Shown here piece after piece: positions 1-13,780 of a DNA stretch of 52,896 bases. Origin of the DNA: Phoronis australis (lineage: Eukaryota; Animalia; Phoronida). The DNA lies in assembly GCA_002633005.1 (NCBI GenBank), contig NMRA01000025.1, positions 1,660,304 through 1,713,199 on the forward strand. Reading direction: 5' to 3'. Position numbers and translations under genes: made by a program. The notes beneath the pieces are model-generated. The model saw nothing but the letters and a program-made list of their open reading frames with translations. It searched no databases and was not told the DNA's origin. How positions within the stretch are numbered: position 1 is the stretch's first letter; each line of letters opens with the position of its first letter.

Positions 1-2833
1 CGTGCCAAAATTGATTTTTTAGATCATCGAAAAAATGTTTAGATTATGCTCTTACCTGAAGCGTTAAATACTCACAAATTTCGGATCTCAAAATTTGCCG
101 GGGAGGGGGGGAGGTGTATGAAGAGAAGGATAAAAAGTTCGCTAACCACAACTTCGCATCTAGTACCTGTTTAGTTGCAGTAGCTGGCTACGGGCATAGA
201 ATATAGGGTTTAGAGAACATCGACCTCGAGAAACATCGGAACCGGAAAATATCAGTTCTGGGTTATATCCATCCCGAGGAATATCGTAAAGCATCAGGTC
301 TTTTATAACCGCCGGGAATCTAAGAGTTCATTTTCAAATAAACCATTGGCACCCGGGTGGTTAACAAAGCCAAGCTGGTATACTCTTTCATTTAGGACTG
401 CTGCTGTTCTCTTTTGATGTGCAGCTTTGAACTGGTGCGAACGCGTGAGTTCACGCACTTGAATCGCTGGAATAGGCCTACACTTTACGTTGGCAACAAC
501 GTGTGAAAGACAAATCATATTTTGCGCACGTATCCCCAGAAACAATTAGTAATGGGGTTTGAGAATTTCTTGGCAACTGAAAGTAAAGATGTGATCGTCG
601 TTTGGGGATTAATAGGTTGTCATTTTCACTTTGGCTGTCTTATGGGATAAAAACGAGGCGCACATCTCTAAGTCACGATTGTCTGCCCGGACCGCTTGCA
701 CAATAACAACGGGACCGACCAGTGCCGTAGTGCGATATCAGGGATATTGTCGTGGATATTAGATACATGTAATAAGGACATCTTAAGCGAAAAACAAACA
801 TATTTGTCCCCCACGAAGTTTGGTAAGTTGATCGCTTAAGAATTAATAGAAACACCGCTGTTTTGTGAGATTTTATCACGTGTTATGTGGCCCGAAACTT
901 TCTTCGGCGAATCCGGAAATTTGCAAAAGTGGCCGAAAATGTTAGCCAATGAAACGCGTCAAAGATCGATTCTGCATATCCCATGTTCACGCGACTTGCT
1001 TACAAGTCATCGGGAGGGCCTGTTCTCAGTTGGTGTTCTTTTGAACTTGGATTTGGCAACAATCAAATAATGGTCGGATTAGCAAGAATTGCTTTATATT
1101 TGCCAGGTATCTGCCGAGAAGTGTAAAAACTCAGCTCGCATTCGTTGGAAATTCCAGGTCGCATTTTGCGACTTGATACGAGCTGACAAAAATCTCAGTC
1201 CGCATTTCCAAATTTCAGGTCTCAAATGCGACCTGCAGCTAGTTATGTCGAGCTCTGCAGATTATTCAGGACATCGGCACATTTAAAAAGTTTTCCAAGC
1301 CATCAACTTTGACTGGTTGACCATCCTCATAAAATTGAGGCATCTCATGTCAACGGTAGGTGATCTTTCAACAGACTCCTTTCCGCGTTAGAAACCAAAT
1401 TATATCATGGTATGAATGGAATAGTTTGAGACTGAATCGGCCTACATCCTAATTTTCATGTTAAGGTAACATGAACGAAGATAAATTCTGTAATTTTTCT
1501 TTCTCTTGACAGTTCACATCGCATGGTAACACTAATGATAACATTTGGGGAGGAAATTAACTGAATAATTAGAGGAGAGACATGATGAGTCCCAAAATCT
1601 AAAAAATTACTCACAGGGATGTACTGGTTATGAATATCCAACTTTCCTTGTGGTTTTTGAATAATGACACCAATTTGAAGAATAGTTTTTGTACTGCCAG
1701 TACAACAAACCAGCAACCGAGCACGACATAATTAAAGAGCCTAATTAAAGAACCATCAGAATTACTATTTCTGGCTTAGATATAATGAAAAAATAGAGTA
1801 TTTGGCTGTCAATGTTTACAATCGTCTTGAACAAAATTTCAAAAGTAACACGTCCTTTTTATATGTAAAAGCTCTCAACCAGCTTTGCGTCAAAACAAAG
1901 ATCTTGATTTAGACATCTCCTTGCCGCTACAAAACCGGTCTCAACCGGTTCTTTAACTTAGTTTATAAGTGATTTCTAAACTATTAACCTCACAGGGTTC
2001 GTATACGAGTATCTTTGTAACGAATGTGTTGTTGTTCAGTCATTTTACATCAGAATATTACGCTATCTCGTGAGCATGGTCATATTGTCTAAGCAACTTT
2101 GCTTGCCACAAGACAATTGTTGCCAATTTCTATCCACGGGCATGCCAATGGTGGTGCTATTGACTTTGTTAGAGAGAAAAGTTCAAACTTTAATATGGCA
2201 TAAAATCAATTAATGCAACCGTGGGTGCTTCATAGATTTCAGGTTTGGGAAAACTGGAACTTTTCCAGTCGAATGTATGCTCTCGGGTAAAAAAATGTCA
2301 AAAATTCTCAAACCCAAAAATTGCTTTGAATGTAAGGGATGTATTGGACATCAATTGAAGAGCTTTATTGGTAAGTGGTTTAAACAAAGTTCTATTTCTG
2401 GCTGAAAGATGGTAAGACAAAAATATTCGAAAAGTTAAAAAGTGTTATTGTGGTACAAACAAAGCAAAAAGAAACGCTGTTTTTAATGTAGTTCATAAAA
2501 AGAATAAATGAAAGGCTTAATGAAACTTTCTCTGAATTAAATAGATGTGCCAAACCATTCCTGGACTAGGTTATTCAAAATCCATACGTTGCATATAACA
2601 CAGTTATCTTCTCAGTCAGGACCGACCCTTTTTTAGGCTCAGGTATGTTTACTTTCATAGGCCAACTGAGACATTTGTATTCTTGATTAAGAGCAGGGTT
2701 CACAAAGAAATGTTTTCACTGCCAATTTCAAAAGGTCTATTGTATGTACAGAAACCAATGATTTACAACCATCCACAGACCTCTAAGCCACTGTGGTGAC
2801 TAGTTATCCCAGCTAACTCCAAAATAGACTCAC

Positions 2834-3468
2834 ATGCTTGTGTCCCATTCCATGCCCAGTGTGTTGAAATAGCCCCAACTTGCTGCATTGTGGGTTGACA
2901 TAATAGGCTTGTCTGAGTTACATAACATTGCAACCACGAAGTCTTGAATTGTCCCAGCACAGTCATAGGCTGCTAGATAATCAGGTCTATTCCTTACCAG
3001 CCAGAAGGTTGTTGCGCACCCATGACCGGTGGACAGTCTAAGATGGGACGTGGGCACTGGGAGAGTTGATAGAAACTCAGGGGAACATCGACTATCTTGC
3101 CAAGTTATCAAATTACTCGTGCACTGTCCTTTCTCAAATCTTCCGAAAGAGTTCCTTTCCCAGCCTTGACGTGATTTCCAAAAAATCACGCCGTGCATCT
3201 GACCAGCGACGCCAATTTTGTCGACTCTTAACAACTTTTCTTTCGGTAAAGAGGAGACGCAGAATTGCAAAGAAGTGAGAATTTTATCCGCATCCTGCTC
3301 ATCTGTTAAAAATCCTGTTTCCAATTCGTTGTGGAGAGTAGCTTGGTGTTTTCTACTCAACTCAGAGATAATAGATCTTGATCTCTTATCAATCAAAACA
3401 ACTTTTACTGTTGTTGTTCCTAAATCAATGCCCAACACATAAGACACAACCGCTCCGTCCGATGCCAT
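2834..3468 (-). CDS. SHPK: Sedoheptulokinase (FGGY carbohydrate kinase family), first coding exon; remainder presumably left of the window
   Basis: Likely start MASDGAVVSYVLGIDLGTTTVK (ATG at 3468) with the FGGY phosphate-1 motif. Also GVAGQMHG, LITWQDSRC, LSTGHGCAT, AGTIQDFVVAML and HNAASWGYF, as in SHPK/CARKL. The ORF ends at a phase-2 donor AT|GTGAGT (2833-2828). No downstream exon recognised in 1-2800. Confidence 0.9.
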
Positions 3469-6400
3469 GTTGTGAACTGCCAGCAGTTTGATAATGAAAC
3501 ATTTTGACCTACTTTGGCTACGCTGGTACTCGCGGCAGAAGACTATACTACTGTATGTATGCGTTTTTAGGCCCATGCTACTTTATAACTCTGATTCGAG
3601 TAAAACTCGGGAAAATTGAATGTTTGCAGGTAATACCATGGTCAAGCGTGTTTCTCCAGTTACAGATTCACCCCATTTATGTTTTAAAATAGTCTCAGCA
3701 TCATTTGGCTCCTGGAATCAGGCGAAGAATATTGAAGAATATGATCTAGTAGGCTCGTGCAGTTTACCGCGCCTCACCCAACATGCAACGTATTTTTAAC
3801 ATTTAGGTTTTTGTTTTTCAATTGAGAATTTTTGAAATTTTCACTGTGTTTTATGACAACTGGCTACAGGTCAGTCGAACATTTCTTTAAATACTTTCAA
3901 ACATGCACTATTTCAGGTGTAGTTGGTTCGATCAATTCACGATGTGCTAGTTTTTTATCGAATTTTCCATAATTGTTTAAATAAATTTTGCAGCTCTTCA
4001 CTAGTCTGTTTTGTTATTCATATGAATAAGCATAAAACTTAACAAGTTACTTTATTTTGCATGAACGCGCTATACATTTTGCACGACACTGAAGTATGCC
4101 AAGATGCTTCCGTAGAAAGAAATTTGTGTGCCGTCATCTACAACTAGACATGGATCTGTGTAAATGATACACACCTGCGCCTATAAACGAAAATTGGGTT
4201 TCAAATTATGCGCGAAGACCTCGAGTAAACAAATGTATTCGAGGAAAACGCATTTATTTCGAATATAGTCTCTTGGGTTGAAATTTATGTATTCACGGTA
4301 GATCATAATTTACCGCGGGTACCAGAGTATATTTTGACACGCTGAAACTAGGGCATTCGTCTGCTTTGGGCATTGGACCTCAAATTCAACTGACCTTTTA
4401 AGGAAATAGCACGGAAATCGACGTGCATCCAGGGAGTCGAAACCAACTCTACCACGGGCGCGCACCTCTACCACCGACAAATATTCTTACCACTCACAAA
4501 TACCCCTGCCACAGAACCTGCCATGGCACTCATGCACAAAGTCCTCAGCTAGTGTAAGTGACCGAAGTGAGCGCTAGAGCTCCAGTACTATTTTTTCAGT
4601 CGCATAAAAATGCTTATAATAATATTATACTCCAGGGTCGTAGGAAGTGGGGGGCCGGGGGGTGCGGGCCCCTCCAAAAATTTTTCAGGCGTCATGGTTC
4701 AACCGTGGCAACCGACATACGCGTGGGGCGGAGACAGTCGAGAAAAGAAAGACTGCTAAATGCGAATAAGAGAGAAAAATCAAGAGAAACATTTAACAAC
4801 TCTATATCGGAGCATGGTTTACCTTCGGTTTAACCTGGCCAGGACATTGCTGTTGAGGTCTCCGCTTTCGCAGCACAGGTCGTCTAAATACACTTGGAAA
4901 CGTGCACGTAATGATTCATACATTATATTTCGAAAAATCGAAAGAAATTGTAAAGCGAAACTTTTGTGGAGCGTATTAATTTACTTGATTTTTAAATTCA
5001 ATAAGCTCAAAATTTTGCGATTGCAAAACCATATTTTTCCAGAGGCCCTCTCTGGCAAGGGATAACGGAAACAACTGTCGCTTTTTTCTCGAATTGTGTA
5101 TCACTTGATGCCCTGGCAGATATCATCAATTGCTGCACATTTCTTGATTTTTCAAAATATTGATAATTTCATATTGAGGGGCCCCACCCTTGAAGGAGGC
5201 CAATGATGACATTCAAATGGCCACTCTTTTTATGTTTTTATTGACAAAGTCTTAAGGGTCCGCTCACTGATAGAGGGCCCAGTGTTGGACTTGATTACGT
5301 CTAGTTTCCTGTTTTTGTGAAATCGTCCAACTGACTTTCATGTTGAAGAGGATCACTTCCTGCACCGTCTTGTGACCCCACGACACCACCCAGCACTGAA
5401 AAAGTGGGGCTATAGCCTCCCAGCCCCATTTGGTGCGCCGCCCATGGACACTGCCAAGTATTCTCGAGCGAAGTTGAGATTCCAAATCATAGGCATCTTA
5501 ATACTATTATGTGGTGTCTATGTTCCAAATTCATAAAAAACACCAACATTCGTGCACAGCACAGCAGAATCAAGACATTCGATCCAAACAACCAAAAAAT
5601 GTGAAAAAATACAATAGGATTGACCATCATCGAAAGGATGGCATTTTGAAGAACGTAAAAACCCCTATTTGTTAATTACACAAAAGGATGGTTTGTTATA
5701 GAATAATTAGAAAACGGACAATCGCCGCACAAATAAAAAAGTTCATGTTAACTCAACGTTACGTCTTTTCATAAGACATCATCAGGATATGTACAGTAGG
5801 ACATCAAGTGTCGATTACCATTCCAAATCCATGTGGTGAAATGAGTGTGAGAGATTGTCCGTTTTCTAATCGTACTATGGCCAAAAAAATAATGTAATTA
5901 CAAAATAATATTATTGTTTCCCATAGTACCTCTTTTGAAAATGTTTACTATGGGTTGTTTGTAAGGAATTTCCACATGTGGAAAACATTGCTGTCAAGGC
6001 TACCATTGGGGTGAACGAGAGTACTCAAGTACTCCCAATAATAAAAAAATATTTCAGCGTTCATTTTTGGGGGGGTCAAGTTAAACTCGTGAACCTTTAT
6101 AGGTACCTCGGTAATGTGCAAAAATACACCTTACTATGAATGCCCAATCTCCCATTTTCCCCGGGTTACCCGCTTAAAATCTGCGAGCATGGCTGCGGAT
6201 ATTGCTTATAACATTGATTTCCGTTTTGATTAACAAATTCGTTAATTTCTGATTTACATGCTTAATATGCATCTACAAAAACCGACAGGTTAATAGATGC
6301 TTTTTGCCAATTAGAGGCTAATCTTTTAAGAAATGATGATTCTCAAAGACATTGATGAAATTTGGACACTTCCCAAAAGTTTACTCACAATTCACATGAC

Positions 6401-7631
6401 AATAAAGACAATGGTTTTTAACTTCGGAACAAGTTTTGTTGTTTAAACTCACTAACAGGGGATCAAAAGAGAATTAAGTCATTAAATCAAGGTAAACGCA
6501 ATGCTCATGGATTTGATTGCTGGTTTCTGATTTGCATGTTTATGTATCTATGAAAGTGGACTGATTGACGGATGATTTTTTTGACAATTAGGAGCTAATC
6601 TTGTAGAAATGAGAATGCTTCAATGAACTTAATTGCAAGCAGACACCGGGAAAATTCGATCTATCATCAGATCTCCAAATATAAAAGTACGCTAAATGAT
6701 TTTTGCATCCAAATTAAACATGATATTGGATTCGCATAAAAAAATTTCCAAAACTGCGTGTCCTTGTATTCTCTAGCCAAACGATTACAGAAAAGTCTGA
6801 TCTACGATTTTTGTCAGAGAATGCTTGAAGGACACACACTTTGGGGATCTTGTGTACCCGGAGTCAAAGATCATGATTCGTTTGGACGAGTAACATACAA
6901 AAAATATTTATCGGTAGCTTGAGTTTTAGCCCCTTATTCACCAAACTCTGGCCTAGCAATTTTAAAACATCCTTGCTTGACACTCACAACTCATTCTCAT
7001 ATGTGACAACTGTAAAGCTTAGTAAACCTAATTTAATTATGAGATTGTTATGAAGATGTACCGATTGGCGATAGTTTGAACACTACATCAGGACATTCGC
7101 ATTTTTGTTAGTTTCAGTGTCCGCAATTCACCCAGTTCACCATTCTTGCATCGTTGTTGTGTAGATTTCAAAGTTATTGAACATTGAAAAAAGCTCGAAG
7201 TCTGTCACCTTCAACCCATTTTACGGTAACTAAAAATCAACTTTGCGCTATCTTTACAATAACCAGTATAGTAGAGTGTCAAGTAAAATAAATCGAAAAA
7301 ATCCTTTCCGCCGAGAAGTACTCGACTCTGGCACTTTGTAACCTCAATCAATCTGAAAACGGATGAATGATGATATTGCCTAAGGGTGTAACAGAATCAT
7401 AGCAGATATTTTCTAATGAAATAGCAAAATGCGTTCTATTTAGAAAAATAACCTAGGGCTATTCGAGATAGATTTTTCCCAACACAATTGGTGTGTCAAG
7501 GAGTAAGCATTTCCATTCATGGTCACTGTTTATTCTGCAGTGCCTGGTAAAAAATTGGCACAGTTTGTGAAGCCTTTGTTCCTTGGAATTTTAAGGTCAT
7601 AGTGAGCTGTGAATCTGTTGTGAAGCCGGGC

Positions 7632-9648
7632 ATGGAGAAGTCAGAATCAGGCAACTTACCGGTAACCAAGCGAGACATTGAGTTGGTCAATAAGACATGG
7701 AACACTGTCAAGGAAGGCGGACATTCGTTTGAAGACGTGGGACGGGATATCATTATGAGGTAAGTTTACATTGGTCTAATTTTAGCTGGGCCTATGGGCG
7801 TACGAAGTAAAGTGGATGGCCGGCTAGTGCGACCCCGCTAAAGTAACCAAATGGAGAGGCTGAAGATTTGTAAAACTGGTGTCCACGAAGGTGGGGCGGG
7901 CGGAGGCAAGGACTGGAGATATAGGCAATAAACTGGGGTCGACCTAGGAGTGAAACTGGGTGATATCGGTCAACCAGGGGTTGCGCTCATATTTGCCAAA
8001 CACCCCTCCCCTTTCCCATGCACCAAACCTTGCTGCGCCTAAGAGTATTTTTACCGGGAAAATGTGGACGTGTTGATGAAAATAGTACATCATCCGGGTG
8101 TGTACACTGTTTCTGTCACTATATACTCATGATAAAATACAATTATGTTGTTTATGTAATTCATGTCTTTGGTTAGTGGACATTGCTAAACAGCTGCCTC
8201 CTGTTCAGTAACGCTAGGACCTCGCTAAAAAGCAAGACTTCGCGAGATTACGTGAGATATTGCCGTGCATTTTAAATGAGAGCACGTGACTTTGACTATA
8301 GGTTTTAGCTAGGTCCTAGCATAGGTCCTAGCGTCTACTGAACGCACGCCTGGACCACAGGCGTCCTCAGCTTCTGATCGTCCCCAATACACTACATATA
8401 AATACTACAAGGTATGACACTTCGGACTTGAAATTCCACNTTTTACTCCAGTAAGTATCAAAATAAACTTTTTATGTTTAGTATCAGCACAACCAATTCA
8501 AAAGCAAATACAATTATTTAGAAGTTTCGTAACATTGCAGAAAAAAATCAGAAACTTGGCATAAATTTCAATTTACGAGTTTTTTATATTTTTACAATGT
8601 TCATAATATGTATACATACATGTGGATTTTCAAACGCCAGAGATGAGTAAAATCATCCCCGCCTTGGCTATTTTTCCAGAAATAAGTGTTCAGAAACTCC
8701 ATCTCTTACTTGAGTTATTCCCATAATTTTGAATATCCAATGCATAGATATATGACATACATTGATAATCTCTGTACAGCGTCACCTCTGGCAGTGTGAC
8801 CCCTCGTAGTACTGGGAAAGAATGTAAAACGATGTGGGAAATTCATATTCGCAAAATAGTATTATGGTTCATGCGTCTTAGAGATAACATTTTTTTGTTT
8901 TAGCCTCTTCGAAATAAGCCCTGAAGTCAAGTCCTTATTTTCATTTGGGTCGGAAACAAATGATGAACTCCGAGAGAGCCCAGGGATAAACAAGCATGCA
9001 AATGATTTTGTCACCATGGTCGACAAAGCAATTCAGTTACTTTCTGGAGGTGAAACAGAGAAATTAACGCAAGAGTTTAAGGAGCTTGGACGAAAGCATC
9101 ATGGTTTCGGAACAAGGAAGCAACATTTTCAGGTGAAATGAAATGAAAGCTTAAGTTCGGTGATATGAATGTTCTGTTTGACATAACTGGAATATCTGTC
9201 TTTTTGCAGCGCTACCAGATAACATTGTGACGATATATAAACATAGGGCATCTTCCTTTGTTGATTTTCAGGACTTTTGTCAAAAGATTAGCTTGAATGA
9301 ATGCAGCTAATAGTGCCGAATATTTACTGACATGCGATAAGTTTCCAAGATTCCTGAAAAAGAAATCCGTAAAAAGACTAGCACGAACGAGCCTATAAGA
9401 AGTTTTGTATTAGGATTTCATTCACGATTCTCAGAAAACCTTGTTTATTTTACTCTGAAACTGGAAAGAACAAATTAAACGATATTGTATTTTTACCAGT
9501 TTTGTTTTTACAGGACATGGGGCGTGCTGTGTTAACGACTCTTGAAAACAAACTTGGAGAAGAATTTACCAAGGAAGTGTGTCAAGCGTGGATAGACGTT
9601 TTTGTAACGGCCATAGCTTCAACGATGGCGAAAGAAATGGACGAGTGA
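7632..9648 (+). CDS. Single-domain globin, 163 aa; exons 7632-7759, 8904-9132, 9514-9648
   Basis: Spliced translation: MEKSESGNLPVTKRDIELVNKTWNTVKEGGHSFEDVGRDIIMSLFEISPEVKSLFSFGSETNDELRESPGINKHANDFVTMVDKAIQLLSGGETEKLTQEFKELGRKHHGFGTRKQHFQDMGRAVLTTLENKLGEEFTKEVCQAWIDVFVTAIASTMAKEMDE*. Has Trp A12, Pro C2, Phe CD1, His E7, His F8 and the H-helix AW. GT-AG introns sit at the canonical globin positions B12.2 and G7.0. Confidence 0.93.
8203..8343. mobile_element. Small MITE in globin intron 1
   Basis: TIR GTTCAGTAACGCTAGGACC / GGTCCTAGCGTCTACTGAAC. Confidence 0.55.
8355..8395. repeat. Dispersed ~40-bp repeat (MITE terminus); also at 14466-14505 (inverted) and as a hairpin at 41113-41185
   Basis: CACAGGCGTCCTCAGCTTCTGATCGTCCCCAATACACTA and its reverse complement. 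Confidence 0.7.
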
Positions 9649-11596
9649 AAACGTTTATGAACTTAGATGCTGTAACTGCCCGTGATATCATTCATTCTTC
9701 GTGATTTGCACAGCATTCAAACATAAAAATGTGACGTTGAGCTATATATGATGTGATGTAACCAAACATGTGAACTCTTTGGAACACCTGTGACCGAAGA
9801 TTTTGATTTTACAAGTTGTAGATGTCGGGCAGCAATGTGATAGAACACCCATTGCTCTAAAACCGTACCCCCCCCCCCCCCAGTATCCACCGCCACCTTT
9901 CACAAACTCCTGCTCTTTCGCCAACACTTTTGCCGATTCCCGGATGACCGTGACCATGACACATACGTCGTCATTAACTTTGCCGCCAAAGTCGTCTCCT
10001 AATAATTGAATTTGGCTTCCACACTGATGTTCAAGTGGGCCCAGTCGGAAATGATTACATGAAGTAAAATACAGACAACTATGTACAATTAGATTGAAAA
10101 GATAATAAATAAAATAAAATAAATTAGTATAAAATTAGTTAATATGTACAATTTGATGAATAAATAAAATAAAATAGAGTAAAATAATGATGAATTGCCT
10201 ACAGCAACAAACCACGCACAAAGTCTTAGTTATTCTGTTTGAAGGCATGGACATTGGGCGCGTTCGCGTTGGAAATCCCAAGCCTGTTATAAGCGGTACA
10301 GCACCTATGTAGGCAAAAATTCTTTTGCCACAGTTGTTGTTAGGTTTAACTGGTGCCAGGCAGCCAGAAACACTCGCTCTTGTATTGTATTGTAATTGTG
10401 AGAATCTCTGACTGCCTTGAGTTTAGTAGTAAGGTAATTGGATGTGAGGATATGTGTGGCTTTGCACACTAAAAAGTTTAAATGAAAGGCACGCCTGCTA
10501 ACCGAACTGCACATTTTGTCTCAAAGCACGATTGCATGTGCGCGCACCCAACCTAAAAAGATAGGGGGCTCGAATTTCTGGATAGTATACTAAAAAACAA
10601 ACGGAGGACTTAATTAAAAAATCGGGAAAACGGTTGCGCAGGTCGTCCGAGTCGGACACTCGCAATCCGGNGGCCCCCCCCCCCCCCCGGTTAATTACCA
10701 GGGTTTATTTCCTCACGCTCTTGCTGTTTTAGTCCGAAAAACTGCCGAAGTGTTGTCTGAGACATTCGCGTAAGTCTGTGCAATCATGGGGCAGTTTTAC
10801 TCGTGCTTCTTTGCCGCCAGTTATGTCAAGTTGAGCCGTGGCTTTAGCGTATGCAAACGAAAATCAAAGTAAACTTAAAGCCACACATAGCCTCACGCCT
10901 AGCTAAGGCAAGAATACCGTAGCTTCATCAGAGACCGTTAACGCCTTTGGTCCACTAAGGCCTCACTTATGACCTTTGCTAAAACTTTAGTTGTTATTCC
11001 TCAGCTTAAGTCAGGTTTTGTTCAGAAATTTTAGTCTGTAGTGGTCAGTTCGCACATAAAAGAAAGTGGGACAAGCTATTCCCGCCTGGTTTGATAATAT
11101 AAAACTTTGATCACGAAATCAAAAAGTGAATAGTTATTTTCTATAACGTTTTGTGTATTCGTTCGCCATAATGCTGAGTTAAATTGTGAACAATACGATT
11201 TCGTTTTGTAAAGATTGCACCATAGCACTAATGTTCTGTGCGACATCACCACCTGTGCACTCAAGTTACTCAATGAGTCATGCATGGGAGTTCTGCAGTT
11301 ACTTGTCAGTCTTAATGTAATTAAAGTGTCAATTTAAAACCATTTTTTTGTTGTAGACAACCAGGATTTAAAAAAAAATATCGTTATTAGCAAAAAATAT
11401 CAAAAGTAGTCAAACACCACCAGCAGATCGGCCATTAGGGGGCGAACATTATTGGTACCGGGGACTTATGCAACTTCCTGGGCCGCGACCACCCGCAGCA
11501 GCAAAACCTGTGCTGTTTTGTACATTGAAAGTTTTGATAAAGCCACTTACAAAGGCCCTTTCATTTTATTCCTCACTCGGATTATACGTGATTGTT

Positions 11597-11750
11597 TAGG
11601 GGCGGATCCAGGATTTTGTGTTGGGAGGGCAGAGCAGAGCATTGGTCAGGATTTTGCCCTTCAAACATTCGCACTCCCGAACTGCCAAATGGAAATTGTG
11701 AGAATTTTTGGGGGGCATGGCCCCCTTAGCCCCCTCTAAATCAGCCACTG
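11597..11750. mobile_element. Short GGCGGATCCAGG-family MITE; relatives at about 15744-15910, 21822-21983 (inverted), 25436-25627 and 46510-46545
   Basis: Shared termini GGGGCGGATCCAGGATTT ... (A/G)ATCC(G/A)CC. The first three copies share the internal CGAACTGCCAAATG and GGGGGGCATGGCCCC-like blocks. Confidence 0.7.
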
Positions 11751-13525
11751 TTTCTAGGCTTGATAATAACTGGCAGGTCTTCATAATTGTTTCAGGCCAC
11801 TAAGTTGCATGTTACGACGAGTTAGTTTCAATGCAGTGACGCACATCAGGGTATTTGTATCGAGTGTAAATTTACGGTTACTCTAGCTCTATGAAGGAGA
11901 AGAGTTTTTCTTTGCGGTATTTGTTTACAGAGCGTCCTCGTCGCAGAACGCCGGTTGAGAAAAGAATGAGTACGCGACGTCTTGTATGCTAGAACTCTTG
12001 TAATCATTGATATCAGCATTTTAGGCGTTCTATAAGAAGATAGAGACGGTCAGTGCGACAGATTACGCGATGAATGTATCCTCATTTTACCATTTTACCT
12101 GAATTGTCGAGTCATCATCATTTACAAATATACCACATCACAAAAAACATGTAGGCTATTGTGGACATCTCAAGTTTCTTAATTAACAATACACGTTTTT
12201 TTGTAATGTTTCATTGTGAATTAAAAAATGTGGGTTGTTGGACAAGTGTCTTGTTGCACAGCCGGTTCAGAATGAGTAAAGCCGACGGCGGATTTATTTT
12301 GGTAGTGTCCAAGGGGAAGGGTACTTTATGATAAATTTACTTAATGGGTTGTAGTGCTTGAACGGAATGGAATAGTATTCAATTTGACGTTTGCGTTCAT
12401 TTATCTTTGCGGACCGAGGGTCTCTGTTATACTAATATCAGAAGACAAGTGACGAAAGTTTTCCATGTTGTCTGCGATATGAAAATTAGAAATTCTGAAC
12501 TATTCTAATCGAGCTCGTTGGGGGCAAACAATCGGATTTCTCTTACTCCACCTGGGGTCTTGCTATTTAAGAATTAGCACATTCTGGACTTCTCTTTTTC
12601 GTGTAGGTAGATAAATACATTGCATGACACACCAGGCACTCCTGAGTTGAGTACAAAGTGATGTACACCTCGCTAACTTACACCTTAGTGTTAATTTCTT
12701 GGTTGCAGCACTGTAAAACAAAGTGAAATAACACTAAGTTTGCTTGCATTGTGATTAGTATATGAGGTTGGCGTGGTAACAATTTCATATGAAAACAGGA
12801 CAAGTGCATGTGTTTCATTCACCGCGTCTGTAGTTGAATACTTTATGAGTATGGTGCTCTGCTACAAGAATGTTTAGCGTGGCGTCTTTTTGACGTCATT
12901 ATGACGGTTTGAACCCAGTGTGACGGCATAGTCTATTCTTATTTCCGGGTCCAAATGGTGTCATCTACTGACATGACACGCCACCACCAAACAAGTGAAT
13001 ATTTCAGAACAACCTGTGGAATTTTACGTTTCGTATAGCCTTTTAATTTATTTGCCTATCTCTTCGTGAGTCAGGTAACTCACCAACGAGTAATTCGTAT
13101 ACTTTGACGCATACAGCTTTCGATTCTCCTAAAATCTGAAGTGCAAACGTTCTTATTCCCGTATTCTTGTTCCGGTTCTTGGATACACTCTCTCCAGGCC
13201 ATGTTGTCATTGTATAACATGGGAAGGTATCAAAAACAAAAATACTTGAAACAAATGAAAAATAAATGTCACTTTCAATATGATCGCAATTAGTATTGTC
13301 AGTTCGGGTATATTTGGATGTCAGTGATAACATATCTGACACATGACCTGATTTGGACCCACACATAGAAACAGAAATCCACAGGCACATCACATTTTCA
13401 AAAAAATTGCAGCTCTTGGAATTTTTCCCATTCAGGTAACCACGGGAGCAAGGAGCTTTAAATGTTCACAGAGGGATTAGGCGGTGTGCTCAGACAGCGG
13501 GAGTTCAGAAGGAATATGATTGCCA

Positions 13526-13780
13526 GGGGCCCGTTCCAAGAAAACTGACTTAGCTAAGGCAATTCTTAAATTTGTGACAAATTTGAGATAAAACTTCAAT
13601 TTGTATTAAGTTCGTTCCAAAAAACTGAGTGATCTAGGTTTACCGGGTAACTTAAGTTTTTGACTTAAGTTTGTCGTTTCATTCACTTACCTGATGTGGA
13701 AGTTTCAAAGTTTGAATGTTGAGACAAATCTTAGAGTTAAGTCGAAAATGAATTTAAGTCAATTTCTTGGAACGGGCCCC
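13526..13780. mobile_element. 255-bp MITE (PIF/Harbinger-like termini); diverged relative at about 38365-38605
   Basis: Perfect TIR GGGGCCCGTTCCAAGAAA / TTTCTTGGAACGGGCCCC. Shares TTAGCTAAGTCAGTTTTCTTGGAA (reverse orientation) with about 38574-38598. Confidence 0.75.

Noticed and set aside
3469-3576. 36-aa N-terminal extension of the SHPK ORF from the upstream ATG
   Set aside because: Family similarity starts near MASDGAVV (ATG 3468, good AACATGG context); the extension is unsupported, though not excluded.
4422-4476. Minus-strand tRNA-like segment with B-box-like GGTTTCGACTCCC
   Set aside because: Too degenerate to fold as a tRNA and no TSD was found; at most an old SINE fragment.
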